Of a DNA stretch of 64,000 nucleotides, positions 42,713 to 55,350 are shown piece after piece. The notes beneath the pieces were generated by a model. The model worked only from the letters and a program-made list of their open reading frames with translations. It made no database searches and was not told where the DNA came from. The DNA is from Macrostomum lignano. Its lineage: Eukaryota. Made by a program: the position numbers and the translations under genes. The stretch lies in assembly GCA_002269645.1 (NCBI GenBank), contig NIVC01002683.1:1-64000 (forward strand), read 5' to 3'. Position 1 is the stretch's first letter. Each line of letters begins with the position of its first letter.

Positions 42713-43282
42713 TTGAGATTAAAAACTTTGTCACGGGTTTGACACGAAACTAAACTGTTTTTAATAACAAAAATTGTGCACTGCAATTTTAATCTATTTC
42801 TGGAATCATTTTATCGACTATCTGTTCACACTTTCTGCTTTCGTTAGACAATTTTATTGCGCTAAAATTTAGTTTAAAGTTTTTAAATTTGAATTAGAAA
42901 ATACACGATATTCTTATATAGATACACTACTTTAAGCAAAGCTGAAAAGCACACATCACAAATATGTGTTGTTCGATTTTTATTTTTTATTGCGATCAAC
43001 AAAGCAATCGTTAAACCGATCTAAATCTGTGTGATCGACAGACTTGAGAAAAACTTTAAAGTACATTATATTTTATGTAATTTTCGGCAATGTCTCTTTA
43101 TATTCTGTCTTCTATAGTTGAGACATGGAATATAATAATTTGATCCTAAATGATACGATTATGTACTATGGAAATCTTAACATGTCACTATTGTGCAACT
43201 GCATCAGCTACATGTACCGTCAAAATATAGCAAGCAATCGTACGAGTAACTGATGCTTGATGTCTGACAGTTGATGGCATGG

Positions 43283-44078
43283 CATGTACATTGAGAATCG
43301 GTAGAGGAACTGGGGTTTGGGGGTTGGTCACTTTGTGGAGCCAGTCGAATGTACATTTAGAATCGGTAGAGGAACTGGGGTTTGGGGGGTTGGTCACTTT
43401 GTGGAGCCAGTCGAATGTACATTTAGAATCGGTAGAGGAACTGGGGTTTGGGGGGTTGGTCACTTTGTGGAGCCAGTCGAATGTACATTTAGAATCGGTA
43501 GAGGAACTGGGGTTTGGGGGGTTGGTCACTTTGTGGAGCCAGTCGAATGTACATTTAGAATCGGTAGAGGAACTGGGGTTTGGGGGGTTGGTCACTTTGT
43601 GGAGCCAGTCGAATGTACATTTAGAATCGGTAGAGGAACTGGGGTTTGGGGGGTTGGTCACTTTGTGGAGCCAGTCGAATGTACATTTAGAATCGGTAGA
43701 GGAACTGGGGTTTGGGGGGTTGGTCGCTTTGTGGAGCCAGTCGAATGTACATTTAGAATCGGTAGAGGAACTGGGGTTTGGGGGGTTGGTCACTTTGTGG
43801 AGCCAGTCGAATGTACATTTAGAATCGGTAGAGGAACTGGGGTTTGGGGGGTTGGTCACTTTGTGGAGCCAGTCGAATCTACATTGAGAATCGGTAGAGG
43901 AACTGGGGTTTGGGGGGTTGGTCACTTTGTGGAGCCAGTCGAATGTACATTTAGAATCGGTAGAGGAACTGGGGTTTGGGGGGTTGGTCACTTTGTGGAG
44001 CCAGTCGAATGTACATTTAGAATCGGTAGAGGAACTGGGGTTTGGGGGGTTGGTCACTTTGTGGAGCCAGTCGAATGT
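43283..44078 (+). repeat. 66-bp tandem repeat, about 12 copies, just 3' of the TLCD4 stop codon
   Basis: Period 66 (43324 to 43390). Confidence 0.96.
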
Positions 44079-44176
44079 CTATAAGGCTGTGAGAGCAATG
44101 TACACACTAAGCTAAAACAACATATTAGCTACTGTAATGAATAATTAAACTGTTATTAATACTACAAAAATAAAGA

Positions 44177-45822
44177 TCACACCATCAGTCTCAGACGCAG
44201 TCCAGTTGCAACAGTTCTCAGACTGCCAATCAGAATCGATCTGGCCCAATAAATATTCAATACATCGAGTAGCAGACTTGAACTAATCCAGACAATGAGT
44301 ACCGCGTCAGCTTCAGACACCAATCGGTTGAATTCGGCTGTCCTGGTAGTCTCAGCAAAGTAATACCAATAGACAGGTATGACAAGCAGTCGACAGGCTA
44401 AATAGCTACTCGAGAGACAAACTGAGTTGCCAAGGCTGAGCAGTGAGCCAACGCTGACGTTACACAGCCTGTTGTACCAATTCACGTTCAGAAACGGAGT
44501 AGACATCTCAGAGAGCAGTCGGAACAGGGCAAAGAAGTGCAGAATACCGCGACTCTGTGGTGGATCAAGGAGAGGTGCAGCTTAGTGCCCGAAGTTCGAA
44601 AGGACTCTTTGGAGCGTGCGCGCGAATATTGACCAGGATGATAATTAGTCAATTCAGCCCTCCCTACAATTATCATATCATTACTATTAAGAGTCAATCC
44701 ATGCTATACCAGCTTCATATGCTATTAGAATACGCCTAGAAGTTCCCATAGTAACCATCGCTAATTCGCTCACAGTGCAAATCCAGAAGCAAAGAGCCGC
44801 CACTCCGTGATGCAACCAGAAGACCAGCAAGTTGACGTCTCGCCAATAAATCGGCATCGAAATCGCGTCTGCGTTCAAGTTTGAGCATTTATAAATTGTT
44901 AACGAATATTGTTAACTATTTGAACATTTCGATTGACAATTACGAGCTAGGATTATTGATATTTTTAATCTTACCTGCTAGCATGTATGCTGCACTGATT
45001 GACAGAGTGACACCTCCGAGTTTGGTTGGCTGGCTAAAAATTTTTGGGGGAAATTGCTGCATTCATTCTATCACGGACACTTGAGTTCCTAGTCCCTAGT
45101 AACTAGGTCTCTGCATTGTCGGTTCTTGTAGGGTGATTAGGTTCAGTATATCCCCTGTTCTTGTGGATAAGCCTTCAACTCGTTTATAAAAACAAAAGTA
45201 CTCTCACCTAATCTTGTCACTCCACAGGGGCTCCTCAAATGCCAAGGCGTAGGCGCTGAGCAGTGTGACCAGAGTGGCGTGGAGGCTGGATACAATTCTG
45301 GGAATTTTTTTTCAAGAGGAGTTGCAAACGACTGCAGATAACTACGAGAACCTAATAGTTATCAACCTAAATGTTTTTTTTTCGATCAATCAGCCAATCA
45401 GTCAATCAATCGATTAATCAATAAATTAATCAATAAATTAATCAATCAATCAATCAATCAATCATTAATCAATCAATTAATCAATCAATCAATCAATCAA
45501 TCAAATCATCAATCATCAATCAATCTACGAATGAGGTAAGTTACAAATCAATAAATTTATTTAATCCAATCAGCAAATCAATGAAATCAATTCACTAATC
45601 ATCAATCAACCAAACTCCGACTCACCTCGAGTCCCATTCCATCTGCAGTTGCCAAGTCAGCTCTGAATAAGACTTGAAACGTCTCAAGCAGACTCTCCTG
45701 CTAACGTAGTGATGAAGCACTAGGCAGAGCAGGAAGAATGCTACACCAACACTGAAATTCAGACTAGCATGCTGATCACCAACTTCCGCGGGCAGCTTCT
45801 GCTTCGATACGTCAACAGTCAT
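44177..45822 (-). CDS. TLCD4: TLC (TRAM/LAG1/CLN8) domain membrane protein, TLCD4/TMEM56-like, 272 aa
   Basis: Exons 45626-45822, 45208-45297, 44975-45033, 44774-44868, 44177-44554; phases chain 2-2-1-0. Motifs: EWDSRIVSSLH, LHHGVA, FRLLSEMSTPFLN, LLDVLNIYW. Confidence 0.88.
45385..45615 (+). repeat. (TCAA)n degenerate microsatellite in TLCD4 intron 1
   Basis: Read directly from the sequence. Confidence 0.88.
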
Positions 45823-46280
45823 CTTTTTTGTAGCTAAAAGTAACAATATAAAGTTGTACTCAAATAGTACTATTCGTTGAGTTGAGCAGCAACCGTTTCG
45901 AGCTGTATCTGCTCACTAGTCTACGCTTATAATTAATGCAATCAAATAAGTTGAACTTTGAACAACCGGTGAACCTAAGCGAACATTGAACTCGCTTTTT
46001 TGAGTCTTAATTCTATAGTTTAATTAAACTTACTCAAGTCATTTGCCAAGCTTGATAAGATAATGATTAAATCTTCAGCAAAAATGTTACCGCTGTTAAC
46101 TGAAGGCTGCAGTTTTATGTTAGCAGGCATAGAACTGACGGTAGCTTCACTAATTTAAAAAAATAAATTTAAAAAAATTCGCAAACTCTTGCCATAGACT
46201 AAACATTTTTTGATTAACTATACTTATTTTTAGAAACTTCTATTTGAGAACTCAAAGTAGCTACAGGAAAGATAGAGGTA

Positions 46281-47187
46281 CAGCTACCGCTGAGCTACCG
46301 CTGAGCTACCGCTGAGCTACCGCTGAGCTACCGCTGAGCTACCGCTGAGCTACCGCTGAGCTACCGCTGAGCTACCGCTGAGCTACCGCTGAGCTACCGC
46401 TGAGCTACCGCTGAGCTACCGCTGAGCTACCGCTGAGCTACCGCTGAGCTACCGCTGAGCTACCGCTGAGCTACCGCTGAGCTACCGCTGAGCTACCGCT
46501 GAGCTACCGCTGAGCTACCGCTGAGCTACCGCTGAGCTACCGCTGAGCTATTGCTGAGCTACCGCTGAGCTACCGCTGAGCTACCGCTGAGCTACCGCTG
46601 AGCTACCGCTGAGCTACCGCTGAGCTACCGCTGAGCTACCGCTGAGCTACCGCTGAGCTACCGCTGAGCTACCGCTGAGCTACCGCTGAGCTACCGCTGA
46701 GCTACCGCTGAGCTACCGCTGAGCTACCGCTGAGCTACCGCTGAGCTACCGCTGAGCTACCGCTGAGCTATTGCTGAGCTACCGCTGAGCTACCGCTGAG
46801 CTACCGCTGAGCTACCGCTGAGCTACCGCTGAGCTACCGCTGAGCTACCGCTGAGCTACCGCTGAGCTACCGCTGAGCTACCGCTGAGCTACCGCTGAGC
46901 TACCGCTGAGCTACCGCTGAGCTACCGCTGAGCTACCGCTGAGCTACCGCTGAGCTACCGCTGAGCTACCGCTGAGCTACCGCTGAGCTACCGCTGAGCT
47001 ACCGCTGAGCTACCGCTGAGCTACCGCTGAGCTACCGCTGAGCTACCGCTGAGCTACCGCTGAGCTACCGCTGAGCTACCGCTGAGCTACCGCTGAGCTA
47101 CCGCTGAGCTACCGCTGAGCTACCGCTGAGCTACCGCTGAGCTACCGCTGAGCTACCGCTGAGCTACCGCTGAGCTACCGCTGAGCT
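46281..47187 (+). repeat. 11-bp minisatellite GCTACCGCTGA, about 82 copies
   Basis: Period 11, nearly invariant. Confidence 0.98.
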
Positions 47188-47733
47188 AAAAATATAAACA
47201 TACATCAGAGAAATCCTCAAAACAAGATTGCTTAATCACGCACAACCTCTCATTTTTTTAACAGTCAACGGAGTGAAACGATCTGAAACAGGAAAGTATA
47301 AACAAGAAAATGAAGGGTTGGTTGAAAAATCTACAAAAAGAAACCCACAGCATCCTCAATTGCTTGGCAAAAGCGCTGGCAGGCACAAGGAAGCTCAGCA
47401 GCGCAGGTAGCTCAGCAACACGCTCAGCTGCTGCAAGGAACTGCTAATGGGAAAGACAGGGAGGAACAGAGAGAGAAGACACAGAGAGGAAATGGAGAAA
47501 AACGACACGGGCGCGCTGGCGCGGCAGGCGGGTAAGACAGGAGAGAACTGCTCAAAATCCTATTCTGTAGCTAGATGCCTTTTTTTGAGTCGCGCTCTTG
47601 TCTAGCCTTAAGACTGAGTGCTCAACGGAGGGATGGAGAAGGGTGGTGGAACAAGTTGAGCCAATCGTGCATGGCCCCCAAGCCTCCGCCTACCCTGTGT
47701 TTATCTAAGCGTGGAGAGCCGTAAAGAGGGAAG

Positions 47734-47773
<40 letters not shown>

Positions 47774-48044
47774 GAATGGGGAAGCGAAATGAGGGGATTT
47801 AAGAGGCCTAGCCTTTTAAATATGTTTGAGTGCTGAGGCCTATTGAGACTGTCAAAGAACAGGAAGCTTTAGGGAATGCCAGGAAATCAGCTTTGCTTTT
47901 GCACAAATTTGAAACCAGCTGCAAGCATCTGGAAAGCAAAGAATGGAAATGGTAAGTTGCTGAGTGCGTTGGTTCGCTGATCAGATTGTTTTAATTATTA
48001 AGACTATTGCATTGTGAGGCCAAATTAATTTAATAATTGCTATG

Positions 48045-48965
48045 GAGGCGCCATCATACCCTAGAAAGAGGCGCCATCACAGTCTAGAGAGAGGCGCCAT
48101 CCCAGCCTAGAGAGGCGCCATCACAGTCTAGATAGGCGCCATCACAGTCTAGAGAGAGAGGCGCCATCCCAGCCTAGAGAGGCGCCATCACAGTCTAGAG
48201 AGAGGCGCCATCACAGTCTAGAGAGAGGCGCCATCACGGTCTAGAGAGAGGCGCCATCACAGTCTAGAGAGAGGCGCATCACAGTCTAGAGAGAGGCGCA
48301 TCACAGTCTAGAGAGAGGTGCCATCCCAGCCTAGAGAGAGGCGCCATCACAGTCTAGGATAGAGAGGCGCCATCACAGTCTAGGATAGAGAGGCGCCATC
48401 CAGCCTAGAGAGAGGCGCCATCACGGTCTAGGATAGAGAGGCGCCATCACAGCCTAGAGAGAGGCGCATCACAGTCTAGAGAGAGGCGCATCACAGTCTA
48501 GAGAGAGGCGCCATCACAGTCTAGAGAGAGGCGCCATCACGGTCTAGGATAGAGAGGCGCCATCCCAGCCTAGAGAGGCGCCATCCAGCCTAGAGAGAGG
48601 CGCCATCACGGTCTAGGATAGAGAGGCGCCATCCAGCCTAGAGAGAGGCGCCATCACGGTCTAGGATAGAGAGGCGCCATCCCAGCCTAGAGAGAGGCGT
48701 CATCAAAGTCTAGAGAGAGGCGCCATCACAGCCTAGAGAGAGGCGCATCACAGTCTAGAGAGAGGCGCATCACAGTCTAGAGAGAGGCGCCATCACAGTC
48801 TAGAGAGAGGCGCCATCACGGTCTAGGATAGAGAGGCGCCATCCCAGCCTAGAGAGGCGCCATCCAGCCTAGAGAGAGGCGCCATCACGGTCTAGGATAG
48901 AGAGGCGCCATCCCAGCCTAGAGAGAGGCGTCATCAAAGTCTAGAGAGAGGCGCCATCACAGTCA
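48045..48965 (+). repeat. ~21-25-bp minisatellite AGAGAGAGGCGCCATCACAGTCT
   Basis: Read directly from the sequence. Confidence 0.94.
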
Positions 48966-49464
48966 GACGAAGAAATTAGTCAAATCCAATTTCCTAAAAA
49001 ATTCATTTTCTAGAAAGCGAAACGAGAAAGGCAAATCAAATTAAATGAAAAACTATAATTATCATCCAACAGACCTTTGAGGCTGACTGTCAGGGGCAGA
49101 TCCTGATTGTTTCTGTCTTTCCGGAGCAAAATTTCTTACTTAAGAATTAAGAGTAAGGTTGACTAGGATGATGAAATGATTCCATATTCCGTAAAAATAA
49201 CTAGATTAATATGGGAATTAGTGAATCTTAAGCCTGCCCAACGTCAGAGAGGAGAGACTAGCGGTGATTGAAAAGCCAGGAAGGAACTATTAAAATAGGG
49301 GGACTTCCCCTATCTGTGTGGAAATGAGAATTTATTTAAAATCAAATGCAATTCCGATTTGATTTACAATCCAAGTTTGCCACTGAATCTGTTTCCGTCT
49401 GTTTAAATTAATTCTTGGTTACAGTTGAATTCTAAAATAGCTGCCTGAAACAGGGGATAAAACC

Positions 49465-50100
49465 CAGGGAATTATGGCAATAGCCGGGGAATTCTGGGGA
49501 TAACAGGGAATTATGGGGATAACAGGGGAATTATGGGGATAACAGGGGAATTATGGGGATAACAGGGGAATTATGGGGATAACAGGGGAATTATGGGGAT
49601 AAGAGGGGAATTATGGGGATAACAGGGGAATTATGGGGATAACAGGGGAATTATGGGGATAACAGGGGAATTATGGGGATAACAGGGAAATTATGGGGAT
49701 AACAGGGTAATTATGGGGATAACAGGGGAATTATGGGGATAACAGGGGAATTATGGGGATAACAGGGGAATTATGGGGATAACAGGGGAATTATGGGGAT
49801 AACAGGGGAATTATGGGGATAACAGGGGAATTATGGGGATAACAGGGGAATTATGGGGATAACAGGGTAATTATGGGGATAACAGGGAAATTATGGCCAT
49901 ATCAGGGGAATTATAACGGGAATTATGGGGATAGCAGGGGAATTCTGGCAATAACTGGGGAATTCAGGCAATAGCAGGAAAATTCTGGGGATAATAGGGG
50001 AATTTGGAAATATTACGGGAATTCTAGGGATAACAGGGGAATTCTGGGAGTAACAAGGGAATTCTGGGGATAACAGGGGAATTCTGTCAATAACAGGGGA
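49465..50100 (+). repeat. 20-bp G-run minisatellite GGGGATAACAGGGGAATTAT
   Basis: Period 20. Confidence 0.96.
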
Positions 50101-50444
50101 ATTCTTCGGCGCTCCAGGAGTACTTTATCGGACTACAGTAGAATTCCAGAGGACTCCCTGGAAACTAAAAAGGTGCTAAAAAAATCATTATGACCAAGAA
50201 AAAAGAGAAATGGTCTTCCGAGTATCAATATTTTTATCAGGCATAACTTTGGATTAAAGATGGGCAGAGGTTTTAAAGCAACTGCCTGACTGTGACATGC
50301 GCCTCGGAATTATTTATGGGCATGCTTATAGGAACATAAAATATCATGGTAAATATACTTAAAAATTATTGACAAGACTAAAAGTGCTAAGCTGAGCATG
50401 ATCTACATGTACATGTAGTGCTGTTCGAATTTCACAGTGCTGAT

Positions 50445-52325
50445 TGCAGCAGTAGCGGAGTGACACTGAGAGTGCTCACTAATATCAGAGTGACAATCAT
50501 AGTGCTTACTAATATCGGAGTGACACTGAGAGTGCTCACTAATATCAGAGTGACAATCATAGTGCTCAATATCAGAGTGACAATCATAGTGCTTACTAAT
50601 ATCAGAGTGACACTGAGAGTGCTCACTAATATCAGAGTGACAATCATAGTGCTTACTAATATCAGAGTGACACTGAGAGTGCTCACTAATATCAGAGTGA
50701 CAATCATAGTGCTCACTAATATCAGAGTGACAATCATAGTGCTCACTAATATCAGAGTGACAATCATAGTGCTCACTAATATCAGAGTGACAATCATAGT
50801 GCTTACTAATATCGGAGTGACACTGAGAGTGCTCACTAATATCAGAGTGACAATCATAGTGCTCAATATCAGAGTGACAATCATAGTGCTTACTAATATC
50901 AGAGTGACACTGAGAGTGCTCACTAATATCAGAGTGACAATCATAGTGCTTACTAATATCAGAGTGACACTGAGAGTGCTCACTAATATCAGAGTGACAA
51001 TCATAGTGCTCACTAATATCAGAGTGACAATCATAGTGCTCACTAATATCAGAGTGACAATCATAGTGCTCACTAATATCAGAGTGACAATCATAGTGCT
51101 TACTAATATCGGAGTGACACTGAGAGTGCTCACTAATATCAGAGTGACAATCATAGTGCTCAATATCAGAGTGACAATCATGGTGCTCACTAATATCAGA
51201 GTGACACTGAGAGTGCTCACTAATATCAGAGTGACAATCATAGTGCTTACTAATATCAGAGTGACACTGAGAGTGCTCACTAATATCAGAGTGACAATCA
51301 TAGTGCTCACTAATATCAGAGTGACAATCATAGTGCTCACTAATATCAGAGTGACAATCATAGTGCTCACTAATATCAGAGTGACAATCATAGTGCTTAC
51401 TAATATCGGAGTGACACTGAGAGTGCTCACTAATATCAGAGTGACAATCATAGTGCTCAATATCAGAGTGACAATCATAGTGCTTACTAATATCAGAGTG
51501 ACACTGAGAGTGCTCACTAATATCAGAGTGACAATCATAGTGCTTACTAATATCAGAGTGACACTGAGAGTGCTCACTAATATCAGAGTGACAATCATAG
51601 TGCTCACTAATATCAGAGTGACAATCATAGTGCTCACTAATATCAGAGTGACAATCATAGTGCTTACTAATATCGGAGTGACACTGAGAGTGCTCACTAA
51701 TATCAGAGTGACAATCATAGTGCTCAATATCAGAGTGACAATCATAGTGCTTACTAATATCAGAGTGACACTGAGAGTGCTCACTAATATCAGAGTGACA
51801 ATCATAGTGCTTACTAATATCAGAGTGACACTGAGAGTGCTCACTAATATCAGAGTGACAATCATAGTGCTCACTAATATCAGAGTGACAATCATGGTGC
51901 TCACTAATATCAGAGTGACAATCATAGTGCTTACTAATATCGGAGTGACACTGAGAGTGCTCACTAATATCAGAGTGACAATCATAGTGCTCACTAATAT
52001 CGGAGTGACAATCATAGTGCTTACTAATATCGGAGTGACACTGAGAGTGCTCACTAATATCAGAGTGACAATCATAGTGCTCACTAATATCAGAGTGACA
52101 ATCATAGTGCTTACTAATATCGGAGTGACACTGAGAGTGCTCACTAATATCAGAGTGACAATCATAGTGCACACTAATATCGGAGTGACAATCATAGTGC
52201 TTACTAATAGAGTATCAGAGTGACAATAATAGTACTCACTAATATCAGAGTGACAATCAGAGTGCTCATTAACATCAGAGTGATAATCAAAGTGCTCACT
52301 AATATCGGAGTGACAATCAGAGTGC
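50445..52325 (+). repeat. 30-bp minisatellite CACTAATATCAGAGTGACAATCATAGTGCT with a 297-bp higher-order unit
   Basis: Period 30, with a 27-bp variant recurring every 297 bp. Confidence 0.97.
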
Positions 52326-52371
52326 TCTAGTTCTGAACAACCTACCCACCATACCCAAATAACATTGCTAG

Positions 52372-54519
52372 GCAAGCTCAAAGCCAACTCAAGCCGCACT
52401 CAGTCCGGACTCAGCAACATCAGCTATCGAGAGCCTGGACGCGCGCTGCTCACGGCTGCATCGCAACCTGTTCGACTTCTACGTCTGCGTCAACAGGACG
52501 AACTATTTGGACATGCTTAAACAATTCCAACGCAACGTGGAAGAGTCGCGCGAATTTGAAGTTCCAATATTTGCTACTATTATCAGCGTGTACTGCCTGT
52601 TCATATTGTTCGGGCTGTTTGGCAACGGAATGGTCATTCTGACTGTCTGGCGCAATCGGTCAATGCGAAATGCGCGCAACATTTTTATTGTCAATTTGGC
52701 TGTTTCGGATTTTATTTTATGCCTGCTGACTCAGCCGATGAATATAATGCGATTGTTTCCTAATTTCATCAGCTGGGAGTTCGGCCGACTGCTCTGCAAA
52801 GTTGTCAACACCCTGACTGGATTGAATATGTTTGTGTCCACCTTCTCCATTACGGCTATAGCGCTGGACAGGTTTCAGGTTGGTTTCTGGTTGTATTGGG
52901 TTTTGGGGGTGAGAAGACAGGGGCGTCAGAGGGAAGGAAGAGGGGGGAAGAGGGGAGGAAGAGGGGAGGAAGAGGAGGGGAATAGGAGGGGAAGAGGAGG
53001 GGAAGAGGAGGAAGAGGGGAGGAAGAGGAGGGGAAGAGGAGGGGAAGGGGGAGGAAGAGGAGGGAAGGAAGAGGGGAGGAAGAGGGGAGGAAGAGGGAGG
53101 AAGAGGGGAGGAAGAGGGGAGGAAGAGGAGGGGAAGAGGAGGGGAAGAGGGAAGGAAGAGGAGAGGAAGAGGAGGGGAAGAGGGAAGGAAGAGGAGAGGA
53201 AGAGGAGGGAAGAGGAGAGGAAGAGGAGGGGAAGGGGAGGAAGAGGAGAGGAAGAGGAGAGGAAGAGGAGGGGAGGAAGAGGGGAGGAAGAGAGGATGAA
53301 AAGGAGGGGGAAGCGGGAAAACAAGGAAGAGTGGAGAGAGGGATACTGCCATAGACTGTAGACACTGCAGTTACTCATACAGCTACCAGTAGTGAACGCA
53401 ACAGACTCAGTCTACATACATTCTTGCAAATACTTGTACTATCTAACAAAACAGACAAATTAACTTTTCAAGCCAACCCCACTTTCCCAACACGCGCAGG
53501 TGATAGTTTACCCAACTAGGACCCGGATGAGCCGGCACGCCATGACCCTCTGTCTGGCCGCTATCTGGGGCTCAGCAGGTCTGATGGCAAGCCCGCTGGC
53601 ACTGTTCGCCGACATCCAACACCACCCGATCAATTTTGGTCGCGATTTCAACGCCCGGGTGAACAAGATCTGCAGCGAGATCACTACCAGGATATTTGTG
53701 AAGTACGCTAAACTGGCCTACAGCAGTGGAGTACTGGTTGTGCAGTACCTCGTACCTCTGGGCATTGTGGTGGCAGCTTACACAAGAATCTGCGTTCGGT
53801 TGCGTCACCGAATGAAGTCGATGCGGGACCAGCAGGGCGAGCAGAAGCAGAAGACTCCGCAGCAGCCTGTGTCAGCATATCGTAAAAATCGTCAAGCCGC
53901 TGAAGCACTTCGTCAGAGACGAGCCAACCGGTTGTTGGTCACCATCGCCATCGTATTCTGCCTTTCCTGGCTGCCGCTCACCATAGTGAACATTGTGCAC
54001 GACTTTCGCGTTCTCAAAGTTAAAGAAGAATTCGAACGAGAAGACGAGCTCAACGCAATTATTCGACAGCAAAACAAGTCGTTCCCTAAGCCGACGTTCA
54101 ATGAAGGGTTGAGCATTGGTAACTTGACGATGAATTCGAACTTTCGAGTCGGTTTAGACAGCGCAAGAGGTGCTAACAGCGATGTCAAGGGTGGCTCAAC
54201 GTCATCTAAGAGTTCTCAACTAGCTGTGGCAGCGTCTCAAAGCATCCCACTGCTTCTGGTGCTGGTGTCCGCCTGCCTGAATCCGGTGTTTTACGGCTGG
54301 TTCAATGAGAACTTTCAATCCGAGTTCTACCGGCTGCTCTGCTTGAATCGGTTGGCCCGAGCTGGGCCCAGGTTCCGGGCTAGCAACGGGAGTCGGCAGA
54401 GAGATGAGCAGCCTCAGCAGCAACTGCAGCAGCAGCCCGGTATACCCCTGATTGTGCTCCCAGATGGTAACGATGAACAGCAAACTGATCAGGATTCAAT
54501 TGTGGCTATTGATAGATAG
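52372..54519 (+). CDS. Class A neuropeptide GPCR, NPY/NPF-receptor-like
   Basis: Exon 52372-52878 (frame open from the acceptor gctag|; first ATG at 52513) and exon 53500-54519 (phase 0). Motifs: GLFGNGMV, RNIFIVNLAVSDFILC, W..G..LCK, ITAIALDRF, FCLSWLP, CLNPVFYGWFNENF. A possible micro first exon ATG GAA ATG|gtaagt lies at 47943-47951. Confidence 0.92.
52925..53340 (+). repeat. Polypurine (GAG/GGA/GAA) tract in the GPCR intron
   Basis: Read directly from the sequence. Confidence 0.93.
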
Positions 54520-54824
54520 ATGATGAAAGACTTAGACACAATTTCTGAGACTTTCTCGATCAGGGATCGAGCTTGTGACAATCTGAAATGAGACGGTTGG
54601 ATATTTCAGATACCGATACGGAATATAGAAAACAAGAACCCGCGATTCACCATGCGTCAGGCTTGAATTATAGCGTACAACATTTAATGGATGCTTTTTG
54701 CACCGCTTATCTTGTTACACTCGATCAGAACCATTGAAAAGTGAGCACCCATTTTTGTCTGGTCGCAATGAGAGTCACAGATGTTCTGTGGTTTGAACTC
54801 TTAGCTTGTACGTCACTCCTGTTT

Positions 54825-55350
54825 CTTGGTTGGCGCCCCTTCTCTTGGGTATGCGCCCCTGTCTGTTGGTGGGCGCTCCTGTCTCTTGATGGGCGCTCCT
54901 GTCGGTTGGTTGACGCCCCTGTCTCTTGGTGGGCGCTCCTGTCTGTTGGTTGACGCCCCTGTCTCTTGGTGGGCGCTCCTGTCTGTTGGTTGACGCCCCT
55001 GTCTCTTGGTGGGCGCTCCTGTCTGTTGGTTGACGCCCCTGTCTCTTGATGGGCGCTCCTGTCGGTTGGTTGACGCCCCTGTCTCTTGGTGGGCGCTCCT
55101 GTCTGTTGGTTGACGCCCCTGTCTCTTGGTGGGCGCTCCTGTCTGTTGGTTGACGCCCCTGTCTCTTGGTGGGCGCTCCTGTCTGTTGGTTGACGCCCCT
55201 GTCTCTTGGTGGGCGCTCCTGTCTGTTGGTTGACGCCCCTGTCTCGTGATGGGCGCTCCTGTCGGTTGGTTGACGCCCCTGTCTCTTGGTGGGCGCTCCT
55301 GTCTCTTAGTGGACGCCCCTGGCTCTTATAGTGGACGCCCCTGTCTCTTG
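54825..55350 (+). repeat. 40-bp repeat made of two diverged 20-mers (GGGCGCTCCTGTCTGTTGGT + TGACGCCCCTGTCTCTTGGT)
   Basis: Read directly from the sequence. Confidence 0.95.

Noticed and set aside
44177-44200. TLCD4 splicing onward across GUK to the exon at 37362-37471
   Set aside because: The best donor (ATG|gtgtga) is phase 0 while that exon's strong acceptor is phase 1, and TLCD4 already has a normal family length at this stop.
50403-52399. 589-655-aa repetitive ORFs, including (HYDCHSDISE)n resembling a metal-binding protein
   Set aside because: They come from a stop-free 30-bp unit open in several frames at once, with no unique N- or C-terminal coding context.
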